64,000 nucleotides of DNA from Phoronis australis. Lineage: Eukaryota > Animalia > Phoronida. Every line of letters begins with the position of its first letter. Positions within the stretch are counted from its first letter, which is position 1. Positions 38,221 to 50,278 of this stretch are shown piece after piece. Location: NCBI GenBank assembly GCA_002633005.1, contig NMRA01000021.1, forward strand, positions 844,298 through 908,297. The letters are read 5' to 3'. A program made the translations under genes and the position numbers. The notes beneath the pieces were generated by a model that was given only the letters and a program-made list of their open reading frames with translations, had not been told where the DNA came from and ran no database searches.

Positions 38221-40248
38221 TACGAAAAGCGGAGAATTGTACGCAAAACGACGCTTGTTAGAATTTTTCACTTAAACGTCTGAAAGAGGCAAGGTGAGTG
38301 TCAGTTTGTGATTCATGGTTAGCATACTGGGAAAACTACGAAATCATATTTGTGCACAAATTCCAAGGAGTACCTTTGAATGCAAAGATACTTATATAAC
38401 GTTTTGTTTTAGAAAATAATTTTGTTCGAATGAAAAAATGAGCCGCTGCTACGATTTCACTGGTCTAAGCTTTGTATGTGTAATTCAACATTCTCAAGTG
38501 AGAAGCTCTTCTGGGAGATGTTAAGTGGCCCTTAAAAGGGCCGGGCGCTGGTCGGCACTGGCCGTTGGCTGTACTGTGCATGAGCCTTAGGTATAGCGTG
38601 AAATGGTTCTTAAAAGAACCGTTGAATAATTCAACAAGTACTGAAGGTCCTCTTCATTCCAGTTTTCATCAGGGAAGGTTGTATGAAAACAGAGAAATGG
38701 TCGCTGCGACGCCACTTGCATGACAAGGCTAAAAATCGTTCACAGTCCGCCATTTTTCACGGTGTTGTAAAGCTAACCAATGACTGCTGAGGTTACATCA
38801 ATCAATGTTAAAGCGCGTGCCACTGCGTGATACCTGCGTGCTGGCAAGGCACGTAGGGAACCAGCGAGAAGTGATACCTTCCTGCTGGCTACCATCTAGC
38901 CTTGGTCCAAAGCTGTATACTAAATATACAGCTTTGTGCTGATGTGGGTAAAAAAGTGGTAAGATAAAATCTGACACAAAATTAGTGTCATTAAAAACTA
39001 CAGTCTTCCTTGAATAAACCAAATTATTTAACGGTGTTGGAAAAATGGCGTTCTACCGTTATTGTGTTGCTTAAGTTGAGGAGCGATCTTTAGCTACGGC
39101 TTTTGGCGCCATGAAATATTGCGTCACCTATTGGCCACTTTCTATTTTCGCCGATTCCTAAATCAACTGTTGTTCTTTAACGAGCTTGCGTACACGTCAC
39201 AACAAATTATTGGAACTGGTTTCACTTCATTATATGTTTTTAGAATTTCGATACTGAAAAACCGAATTTCAGAACAAATTTTGCTGCTGCCAAGTTGTCA
39301 CAAAAATTTGGGAAATGGGGCGTGCGCGTGACACGAGCGTACTGTTTTCAAAATAACGACATACTTGTCATTGTTAGAAAAGGCGGAGAGTTACACAAGA
39401 AAACGGCGTTTATTGCATTATTTTTCACTTAAACGGCTGTAACGGGCAAGCCCCGAGTGTCGCTTGATTCCCAGATTTTGCATGCACCCCGTCCGGTCTT
39501 TAGCTCTACGTGTTGATAAAGGTTCAGTTCACGGCGAGGTGACGAGCAGAACTATTCTCAGACTGGCTGTGCGCAATTTCGGGGTCTACGGAAGAAATGC
39601 ACACAGTGGTACCTAGCTGTATTTTGACGATAGTCTTCATAGAGCTATAGCTGGCTGGCTAGCTGCCATCTAGCGGCACGCGGGGTACCAGCGAGTGTGC
39701 GAAACAGTACAGATTTCGTCCATTGAAAGTATATGGAGTTGGCGGTCCATGTACTACAGTCTATGCTGTAAGTTGACGATTGTCTTCATACATCTATAGC
39801 TGGCTTTCTACCTTATTATGTACATTCATGATGTGGCTTTTCTGAATTCATTGCATATACTTTGTGTGTACAATATACATACGGCATGTTTAAATGCTTC
39901 CTTAGTTTTCACTTTAAGGAATAGCTGATTACCGTATGTTACGGAAGGGTCAAATGTTCTGGAAAAAAATATTTGTACTGCCAGAGGAAAGAATCTCAAA
40001 GCTGCACACTCCACGCAGAATAAAGCTGACAGATATTCTGAATGAATCTTTAAAATAAAAGTATCTCTTCACAAAAAACATCCCTTCTCTTGCGATGAAC
40101 ACTAATGTTCACTTGAATGTGTAGCTATTTTCCCTCGGCACTTCCCATATACTGCCTGCTACTCGTGCTTAAGTACGGGTAACGGTTAGTGACTACTCAT
40201 TCTCAATTTTCTCGTGTCAATGTCTTAGTGTTCCTTTGACATATTCCC

Positions 40249-40520
40249 CACCTTTATAGCTCAAAATATACAACTTCGTATTCATCAATATCTCAACATG
40301 TTATTTACGTTTTTATTCCTCAATACCTCTAGTATTTTAGTGCAGACTGCCAACCACCTTTACAGCTCAACATAATATATAACTTCGTATTCATCAATAT
40401 CCCAACATCTACGTTATGTATTTCTCAATAACTGTAGTAGTTTAGTGCAGCTTGTCACCCATTGTACAGCTCATCATAACATAATTTCTGTCGCTTATTT
40501 ATCGATATTTGTAGTAGTTT
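40249..40520. repeat. Tandem repeat, ~2.5 copies of ~105 bp
   Basis: cacctttaYagctcaa...aacttcgtattcatcaatatc...ttagtgcag is repeated. Confidence 0.8.
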
Positions 40521-41726
40521 ACTTTGTCATAGTATATATAACCTATGTTCTCATCATCTTAGTTGTTTCACTGTAAACTAGTTTCGGTATCGCTTCGCAG
40601 TAAGCGCAGATAAATTCCCATATTGTGATGTCAAAAGTGTGTGTGGATCAAGCAGTAGTAAGTCGTCAGTGTGAGTAAAGGCTGCCTACGGATGCTTCTT
40701 CATTTTATTGAGTACGTCACAGGTTCGTGCAATTTTCACCAGATCAACATGTTTAGACCAGGATAAAGAATCGTCAAAGGTTATTCCCAAACATTTAAAT
40801 GCTAAAACTTAGGTTTAGTTGACTTAGATATTAAATTGTGGGGTATTTTTCCGAGGAAATTGGTATGCCACGTATTTAGCATTTTGGTTACATTCAATAG
40901 CAATTTGTTGATCGATAGCTTATTAGCGATCTCGGTTTTATTGTTCGTTGGTTTTGTAGACGAAGGTGTGCAGGTATCATCAACTTACAAAGGGTCTCAA
41001 GATAAGAGAGTATAGAAATGTAAATTCTGTAACTAAAATATATTCTTATCCCATTCCTACATGTAGGACTGAATCTTGTATCGATACGTAACAGAATTTG
41101 GCCTGTTGGAAAAAAAATTGTGATGTTTCGCAAGAATGGTCTACATGTACTTTCAGGTACCACATTACGTCATTCGGTGTAAACCAACAGCACTGGGTCC
41201 GAACTAGATACTGTAGATATTAAGATATTTTTGCAGCTTTACATTGATGACCATATAGCGATAAACCAGACATTTGAGCATGTATGTGAGATATAGGGTA
41301 TTCTTTGATAGGTTAACACTAGGAACCAATATGATTTTGGCTGTTATGTTAACAGAAGCAAAGTTATCTACGCGAGTGTAAATTTGTCGAAGCAAATACT
41401 ACCTAGATAAGCCACAAAATTGTGTTGGGTACTACTGAGCCAACAGCTGTCGTGGTAGGTGCTTTATTGGACAAAATGAGACAATTAGGTTTAGAAGGAA
41501 ATTATCGGAACTTTTGTGAGAACTTCTCCGAGGCAGTAATGGCTCGCTTATTGCTGACTTGCTTTGTGAGAACTATCGTTTTGTGTGGTCGGAAAGTTGC
41601 CACGGAGAGAGCGTTTCTGGGTGTCAAGTTGATTCAGTTAAGCAAACCGGTGTTGTTACACCCCAGTTTAAAAAAAAAACATTTGATTTAGCGAAAGATA
41701 CCAGTAATATGTAGCAGCAAAGGTGG

Positions 41727-41774
<48 letters not shown>

Positions 41775-41781
41775 TGCTGCT
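41727..41781. repeat. (CTG)n trinucleotide microsatellite
   Basis: Directly visible. Confidence 0.95.
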
Positions 41782-42299
41782 ATATTTAAGGACGGGAATT
41801 TTACATCGACTTGCATTTCCAAGAATTTTTTTAAATGTGACAATCAAATTACTCCACTACACAGAAAGACAAGTTAGCGCTAGATCATTCCCTTGGAAAT
41901 TTCAAGGGGGGCTTGGTAGAGTTCACTAACGCTAGGACCACGCTAAAATCTAGCCATAATCACGTGCTTACTAGTTTAAAATACACGACAATATCTCACG
42001 AAATCTTGCGTCCCAGCGTTACCATAGGCAGATTTAGAGGGGGGACCAGGGGGCCCGCCCCCTCCCTTGGCTGCCTCAAAAAATAAAACAGCAAGGGCGC
42101 AGGGAAATGTTGAGTTTATTAATTAATCCCGGTAATTAACATTATACGGCTGAAACAAGATTTAAATGTGTGCAGTTTTAGTGTGTTTGGGGGGGGCTCA
42201 GATCCAATTTCAAGTGTCAAATTCGGAACACGGCGCAATCGTAAAGGAACTATGGCTTGAGCAGCTGCAACCTGCAAGGTGAGTGTTGATTGACTCCTA

Positions 42300-43470
42300 C
42301 AGCCGATTTGATAAAGGTGGTTTAAAGTTAAACCTGGTTTAAACTGGACTAAGACCAGGTTTAATGATAATATGCATTTCATAAAGGTGGTTTAACTTTT
42401 AGACCAGTGGTCTTGTAAAACCTGGATTAACTCCAGTTTAGACCTGGTCTAAGTAAGTTTTCATTTCACCAACGAGATCTATATTCTTTAGACCTGTATT
42501 AAGATCTTAAACCATGTTTAACTTTAGACTTGGGCAGACCCAGGTTTAACTGTTAAATATGTCAGACTCGCATGGTATAGGTACAACTGAACGATGCCGC
42601 GGTGTGCAATTGCGACGCAGTTTTAGAGCGAAAATGGACTATTTTCATTATTCAGGTTTACTACGACACGAGATCAAACGTAGCAGTGGCGGATCCAAGA
42701 TTTTTAAAGGAGAGGGGACGGTCAAGGACTTTTTGAAAGGGGGGACCAAGTCAACAATTTGAAAATTATAGATTTGATATCATTAAAATCAAGGGAATAA
42801 GGAGGCTCCGGAGCCCTTGAACCTCCTGGATCCGCCTATGCGTAGACCAGTACGTGCTGGATTGTGTCCTGCGGATTCCTCAGAATACGACTGGTCGAGC
42901 AGGTGTCATCGTCGCAAGCCCTACGGATTTGACTTAAGACAGCATCCTCTGAGTCTTCTGATTGAGTTCCACCTCCACTGTTCTCCGATTCGATGTTGCC
43001 GGGAAGGGGTCTTGCCCCCCCTTTGGCCGCGAAAAATAAAAACTAAAATGACACGGAAATAAATTTGGGCATTTATCATGTTACATCTAATCGTGAGCAT
43101 GTTCTTTAATGTGTGTGTGTTGGGCACACAAATTACATTTTTCCTCTTGAGAGAAGCTTTTAGACCTTTGTCGTAAATGTATGCACTGGTTCTACTGGTG
43201 TATGCCATTCTATACCCACGTGATCAAGGTTTCATTGAAGCACTTCAATAGTTTCTTTGTTGAGTTTACCCACCTTGACACAGTGGGGTGCCTTTGATAC
43301 TATAAACCTGGTTCTACTGAACCAGCTCCCTGGTCTAGCAAAACCAGGCTTTCAGACTCTTAAACCATGTTGGTGAAATGCAAGTTAGGTCTAAAATTAG
43401 ACCATGTTTAGGAAGACCAGGTTTAAGTCTTAAACCTGGTTTTGTTAAACCACCTTTATGAAATCGGCTG
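42300..43470. mobile_element. Non-autonomous PIF/Harbinger-like element, 3 bp TSD CTA
   Basis: Boundaries are CTA|cagccgatttgataaaggtggtttaa...ttaaaccacctttatgaaatcggctg|CTA, with agaccagg/cctggt subterminal repeats. The paralogous empty site is at ~39470. Confidence 0.75.
42684..42840. mobile_element. hAT-like MITE nested in the Harbinger-like element, 5 bp TSD CGTAG
   Basis: cgtag|cagtggcggatcca...ctggatccgcctatg|cgtag. Confidence 0.75.
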
Positions 43471-43846
43471 CTAGATTTTGCATGCGCCTGCTCCGCTCGC
43501 TAGCTCTACATGTTGATATAAGTTTCACGACGAGGTGACGAGTAGAACTATACCCGGGATGTGGGAAATTTCGGGGAAATTTCGGGGATGTAACGGAGCT
43601 CCATAACGCAGTGCTACCAAGCTTTATTTTGGCGAGTTATTATCTAAAAGTTTGTAGTATGTAGTGTCGTTAAGTAACCGTAGAGACTGGTCAATATATT
43701 TCTCGTTCGAGCCCCCCTGGGTGCGCGCATGAGGGTGGTTGAAATGAGTGGGATCTCTGCAATGAGACTAAAGGATGACTTTGCAGTGTGCAGGGAGAGG
43801 GAGAGCTTCCGCTGTGGCCCCAACTGCCATCTGCCAGAAAAGTACA

Positions 43847-43865
43847 TTCTCTCTTTTGTTTACAG
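43847..43865 (+). other. Putative splice acceptor opening the first coding exon (implies an upstream non-coding exon)
   Basis: ttctctcttttgtttacag| lies 136 nt upstream of the ATG at 44002. Confidence 0.55.
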
Positions 43866-44001
43866 GCACATTACACATTCGCGGCAACCAGGAATAAGAG
43901 AAACCAAATAACACAATAGAAACAGAGCAAGGCTTGGTGTTGACTACATGGCGAGCACTTGTACGCATGCGTAAGCGCTGTAATGCTAGGAAAGTCCACT
44001 A

Positions 44002-44386
44002 ATGGGCATGAAATTACCACAGCGCTTTTCAAGACACTGGAAATGGATAGTGAGAGTCTGCTCGGTTTGCCTCGCTGTCTTGGTAACACTACGTGTGTTG
44101 ACTATTTCAATGTTTGGCACGAAACCAGACCGCGAGGTCGCGGAAGCATACAGGACATTGGATCTAGACGACCCAATCAGTTTGAGGAGCCCATCGATCT
44201 CAATCGACAATAAAAGTACTGAAGTAGCAAAAACGGAAAATGCAATCACAGCTGGAACGGCAATACGGACGTACAATCTTAGTGCCATTTTCGAATGTCA
44301 TCTAGACGCAGCTGAGGACCAGAAGAAGCTATCCGCCAAAAATAAACTACCCCTGTGTGATTGCGTACCCATAGGCTTGAAACCAT
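44002..44386 (+). CDS. GT7 beta-1,4-GalNAc/Gal-transferase (bre-4/B4GALT-like), coding exon 1: cytoplasmic tail, TM anchor, stem
   Basis: MGMKLPQRFSRHWKW followed by hydrophobic IVRVCSVCLAVLVTL gives a type II anchor. LPLCDCVPIGL resembles the GT7 L..CP...P.L motif. Donor t|gtgagt, phase 1. Confidence 0.85.
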
Positions 44387-45204
44387 GTGAGTATTGGACC
44401 CGTTTTTAGGAGTCTCTGATCTCGCATGCTCATAAGAATCATTTAAATCCTACATCTACCATGCAGTCACAGCATTTTCGCGGTCCCCACAGGTTGTTGC
44501 AGGCGTTGCTGAAAGTTGCAAGATGTTGTCGTTACACTGACTATTTCAGCATTTTGTGTTGCAATTACTATATGTAGTTCATAAAATGGAGACTTCGGGG
44601 GTTGCAAAACTGCTGCTACTTTCTTAACGCCATGAGGATCTCAAGGGGGAAATTCAAATGATGTTTGCTGTATTCATGAAAACATTTTAACTTTTGGTCT
44701 ATTTTGTTCTTCACAGAAGTTGTTGACTGGTTGTGGCAACAACATTAACCAAATCTACACAAGCCTTAGAAAACTGAGAACTTCAAAAAGGATTATGCCT
44801 AAGTTTATGCAAGTTTTCTTAAACAGAACATGTACTTCAAAAGTTCACAAAAATGTAATAGTCAACCAAGTGACTGTGTGTTTATATTTTTATTATCATG
44901 GTGAAAAATAAAACATTATGAAAACCAGGGTAATATATATAATCAGCAAAGTCCAATTAGAAACCATAATTGATTGAAAAGCAGAAAGTACTGGGGAGTC
45001 ACAAACCAATGTTGTGAACATAAACTGAAATGCGTTACTTAAATTTAAGTTGAAGCCTGAAATTGGTAGTAAATGGTACATTGTACTCCACAGTTTACAC
45101 GTCATACACCCACCGTGTGCCGTGCTTGGACGGAGACATAACGAATCCTTCTATGGTGTAACTGAGCTGTCGCGAGAATTCTAAATACTTTGTGTGTGTT
45201 TCAG

Positions 45205-45431
45205 ATGCTAAATATATGCCCAGCAATGAGCCTCTCCTTTACTCGACAATACAAGTCAACTCTTCCTTAGCGAGCGGTTCGTGGAGTCCTGCAGACTGCG
45301 TGTCGCGCCATCGGACGGCTGTTATAGTGCCATATAAAGACCGTGAGGACCACTTGCTGACGTTTTTATACAATATTCACAAGTTTCTACAAAAACAAAA
45401 GTTAACATATACAGTTTTTGTAGCTGAGCAG
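45205..45431 (+). CDS. GT7 glycosyltransferase coding exon 2
   Basis: ttcag| ..GSWSPADCVSRHRTAVIVPYKDREDHLLTFLYNIHKFLQKQKLTYTVFVAEQ |gtacga (GT7 N-terminal domain). Confidence 0.95.
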
Positions 45432-45487
45432 GTACGAAGGTTTTCCTTTTTAATAACCGAAACATTTTTCTGATTTTTGTACTATTC

Positions 45488-45715
45488 AGAGGCGGATCTA
45501 CAGGAGGGTTCAGGGGGTTTAAACCCCACCCTTGGGACAGGATTAAAAATAAAAATTGAAAAAAAAATTTCGCCAGAAAAACGAAATCATCTGCTAAAAA
45601 CCACAACAAACCTTACACGGGAGGGGGTTTCCGCTCCCGACCTTCCTTCCGCTCAGCGCTATGCGCCTCGGATTCGCTCGAATCCTAACCCCACCCCCCT
45701 AATTAAAACGTAAAC
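45488..45715. mobile_element. Truncated hAT-like MITE in intron 2
   Basis: cagaggcggatcta terminus of the same family. Confidence 0.5.
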
Positions 45716-46157
45716 CTGCCATAATTATTGTAAACGTACGTGTACACTACTATCATTTAATCCTTTCGTGGTTTTGTGGTCTACATCTATCATCTATAAA
45801 AGATACATGTAAAGCGTATACACGCAATGACGCCCATGCGCCTATATCCCAAATATCCCGTTTTTCCCGTTTTTTCAAAGAAGTACTAAGTGTTCTTGCA
45901 AATTGGCTCAGTCGGTTATTCCTGGTCTACACACTGTACATGTATTCACTTGTTTCAAAAACGATCACAAAAGTAACAAATGTAATCAACAATTCACCCG
46001 ACCTGTCGCTCCCCAACTTGACCGAAAACATCGATCTTTACCATCGCTGTCATCAGATTATGTTTGACAGATAATTTTGTTGCGAAGAGAGCCATGTTGT
46101 AGCAGCAAATACATCGTGGTGACAAGGCCAACGAGGCCGCGGTCATGATGAGTGAGT

Positions 46158-46944
46158 TTAGTACACTAACCTTGACGCTATTTCAAGCCAAGCATCTCGT
46201 TTGGCGCTTTGTATGACCGAGCTGGAAAATTTTGACGATAGAATGTCATTGTATTTGGCCACACCAGCAACCAAGCGATACAGCTTGGCAGTCGAAAAGT
46301 TTGGCTTTCGTTTATCCATGTCGTCTGCTTTGAAAGCGCTTCTTTCTCCGCCTCCAAGCTTTGAAACTTCCACATTCGGTAACCTACGTCAAACTTAAGA
46401 TAAAACTTAAGTCAAAAACTTAAGACGAACTTACGATAACTTTCTTGGAACGGACTTAAGACGACCGGCGTCGGCGACAGCCAGGTCGTCGGCAAAGTAA
46501 CGGTGCCAGAATTAGTCACGGAAGTTAGTTGCGGTATCGTAAATTTCCAAGACCTCTAGCTCCCTAACCTGGCCGGTATCATAAAATAGTACCAGCGACA
46601 ACTTCATCAAGTTGCTGGTTTTCCGCGAGTTGCAGGATGCGTCGTTAGTTCCGATACGAGCACCACCAAAAACGAAATCCTATTCCTGCATAAGAAAGGC
46701 TATCACGCATTAAACGCCTAACTTCTAACCGTAGAAATTTCCGCATCCGGTAGGCCAAGACGAACTTAGTAAAGAACTTGGGTCGAAAACTTAAGTCAGA
46801 CTTTATCATGTGACTGATGTTTTCTATTAAGTCATACTTAGGATCACTTTTTAGAAGGGACTTAAGGTAAATTTAAGTTTTATCTTAAAAATGACTTAAG
46901 TTTAAGATTTGTCTTAGTTAAATCTGTTTTCTTCGAACGGGCCC
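46158..46944 (-). mobile_element. Harbinger fragment in intron 2 with a Myb/SANT-like (NAIF1/MSANTD-type) exon
   Basis: KRKPNFSTAKLYRLVAGVAKYNDILSSKFSSSVIQSAKRDAWLEIASR|gttagt, CTTAAG-rich subterminal repeats, and the terminus ...cgaacgggccc. Confidence 0.75.
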
Positions 46945-47304
46945 TGCAGTCATTAGTAACTCAGAGTTCGTTATTATTATTGAGAGCTGCACTTTTTGCA
47001 GCCAAAGATGCGATACGTTCCGTACAAACTCCAACTTTAGTTGAGATGGATAGTCATGCAAACAGTATATCAATCATTAACTATTTCTATATTCTTGTTG
47101 TTATTCTTGGTGCTGCTACTATTTGCTGTGCTATTATCACAGTCACCAATATCTAAATCCGGTGTTTTACTTACCATTGACGTTATTTAGACGAAGAAGT
47201 GCATGACTTTTCCGGAGTGAATCTATTGCTCGGCTAACATTTTTTACAGATCAAGCCGACTGTGTTTAATAAAATCAAACTAATGAAAGTTATAACTTTT
47301 TCAG

Positions 47305-47492
47305 GTCAAGCCTAATAAGTTTAATAAAGCCAAACTAATGAATGCCGCATTCCTGGAGAGTAAAAAATCTTCCACCTACGACTGCTTCATCTTTCATGAC
47401 GTCGACTTGATCCCGGAGGACGAGAGAAACCTATACACTTGCCCGAGTACGGTTCGGCACCAGGGCCTTGCAGTGGACATTCATAACTACAC
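47305..47492 (+). CDS. GT7 glycosyltransferase coding exon 3 (DxD motif)
   Basis: ttcag| VKPNKFNKAKLMNAAFLES..YDCFIFHDVDLIPEDERNLYTC..VRHQGLAVDIHNY |gtaaga. Confidence 0.95.
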
Positions 47493-50155
47493 GTAAGACA
47501 TCTTATTTCCCATAGCTTGCCTTAACACTGTCATGTATCCATCTTTGTTAAAAGCTAGATTTTGATTTACACCTTTTGTAGTCTCAAAACCGGCCTCAAA
47601 ATTTCCCCTAATGGTAGAAAAAATAATTACAGGCTTTCTAGTAGGCCTACAGGTTGCACCCGACGTGCGCAGGCAAAATCTTATTCGCTGGATAAGTTTG
47701 TTAGTTGCATGGCGTCAAATACATTGTTGATAATAGCAGCACGACACATGATAACGAGAAGACATCGTTGTAAAGCTCTAATGCATGTATCTTATGAGCA
47801 CAAAACAACATTCCCTCCAGTCCTTAAGCCCACATTCGCTGTCAAAACGAAGGCATGTTTGTCGAACCGCAAAATGTGTGATGTAAAAATCCAGGCACTT
47901 TGAATCTGCAGCGAATACAGCAAATGAAAAGCAAGTGGTCTTAAAAATCGCTTTTTTCGTAATAATATGTCATCCCGCTACGAATTTTTATTTGTTCATA
48001 ATAAGTTTCTATGATTATCAAGAACTTTGGTTATTAGCGATTTCTTGTTCTGGGAGATTCACAAAGCCAAGACCTGTCAAGGAACGCATATGGATTTGCT
48101 ACATGTTGATCTTTAGATATCAATAATGATCAATTAGTTAATTGGAAGAAATTTGGCGTGGCGACATGGCACCTTTGCGCACCCACTCTCTTAAATCCCC
48201 TTTCGATATCGGTCGCTATTGGTCCAGACCAGGCTCTTAGTTTAGACGGCACAAACTATTTCAAATGTACAGCTTTATTAAAGCTTAAAAGCTACACACA
48301 AAAATGTGCCTGTCGTTTTTACGGACGTGTTTCTCATGTAAGCACTTGCGCATCTAAATAACTTTCTCATTTTCACATACATGTGCAGGAGTCGAACTTA
48401 TGCGCACATACGGCAGTCTTGGCACGTGCATGTTCGTTCAACCCTGTTCAACAACATCGCTTCAAGAGACTACGATCAGCGTAGCAATTGAAGTCAGTGA
48501 ACCACACAAAGGCCTACAAATCAATAGTTGAGCATTTGTCTAAGCTAGGCAGATGACGCCCTAAATGAAATCAATAATTGTTTTCATATAGTGAGAATTG
48601 TTGCACTGCGCTACTTAGCATATTGTATTGTACACAAAAGGTCAGGTCTATACAAGCGCGGGGGTACTCCATTGCAGCTTTCATTGCAAATTGGGGGCTA
48701 CATGTGCCAACCCGGCCATCTAGAGATTTAGAGAAGTTGTATATTCTACAAAATGTACTCACACACACACACACAAGTTTCTACATTGTATGGTCTCCGT
48801 GCAGTTCTGGGTACTAGACACGCACGTGTGGGGATGCCATGGACGATAGCTATTCGATCGTGAAGCGGATCACCGATCTCTGACACGTCGTGACAAAGCC
48901 ATTCACAAGAAAAGCATGTCTTCAGCAGTAGTGGCTGGTGACTAATGCTCAACTTGTACTGTTTGCATTTACTTTGTTCATTTCCCAATCTGGGTCGATA
49001 AAATGCAGTTACGTTTTCAGACATGGCGAATTCCATGCATTAAATATAAGCCTAGTAAATATAAGCCTCTTAATGGTTTAATAAACCCGTGCGTTCTGTC
49101 ATAACTACGGCCATTTTCCGTTATAAAGTCGGTGTCAGTTTGTTCCCTAAGCAGATTAGAAACGATTTCTCGGCATGGTAATAACTGGCTGTTTGTTGTT
49201 GCTGACGCCACAGCTGAGTTCCGTTGGCGCAAGCTGGCAAATAGTGTGGTCACGTGGTTTGTTTGTAGTGCAAGGCTGTATCTCGTAAAGTCTTGTGTGA
49301 TCTTACGTTTTTGCGAGATTCGCGTCAGTTCACCTGGAAGGACGATTAGAACCCGGTAAAATCGTATGGTATGGACTGACCTTTACGTAGAATCTACATG
49401 GGTACAACTCCGTCGAATTACACATAGAGCAGAACAGTATTCGAAAATTCAGACTGTTTGGAAAATAAAATGTCCGTATTAGGATTGATTGGACGGCGAG
49501 AAAGACACAAGTATACTACCCCATCTATTGAGACTGCCTTGAATAAGAACAAGCTATTTGATGCATTCCACTCAAGTTGGTGTTTTGTGATTAATTCAAG
49601 ATATCAATGCGTCATATAAAGCAAAATTTATTATTCCCTATATATTTTCCTGGTTCATTTCTAAATCATCTCTTTCAACTGAGGCGTGGAACGGATTTCT
49701 GCGTGCAATAATTAGTAGACCCTTTCTCAGGAGGACCGCCCTCCGCCGGAATGGCGCTGTGAAAAAGGACACGTTACCATGTTACGTCATTGGTTCATGT
49801 ACTAACATCGTGTTCATTGGAACTAATTGCAGCATGAATACGGTACTGATTGTTTGTGCAGGAACCGCAGGGGTTGTAGAAAACTTTCTTGACCATACGA
49901 GCTGAGCATGCCTAAAGCGACATGTTGCAGGCAGGTCTGGCGTGTGAGGGATATATCTTGCCGAACCTGACATTCTGGACCCAGACGGCCTGCGCCACGA
50001 TCATGAAGTGAAGATGTAATTTGCCAGTCCGCGCTAACTGCGGTCTGAAAATCTGATTGATTGCTTTGCAATGTTTTATCAAGATTCAGTCAAGACTAAA
50101 CGTATATGTAATATAGGGCTACATAGAAATGTAAGCTTTCGTCTTAAATTTTTAG

Positions 50156-50278
50156 AGCGTATTGGAAAACAATAATAGGAGGCGTGTCTGTGTTTCGAAG
50201 AGAGATTTACGAACAAATCGACGGACATTCCAATGTTTTCTGGGGTTGGGGTGGAGAAGACGACAACGTTTATCACAG
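50156..50278 (+). CDS. GT7 glycosyltransferase coding exon 4 (WGWGGEDD motif)
   Basis: tttag| (T)AYWKTIIGGVSVFRREIYEQIDGHSNVFWGWGGEDDNVYH |gttagt; phase 2 at both ends. Confidence 0.95.

Noticed and set aside
41723-41929. Poly-Leu signal-peptide-like ORF
   Set aside because: It is a translation of a (CTG)n repeat with a GTG start and no other support.
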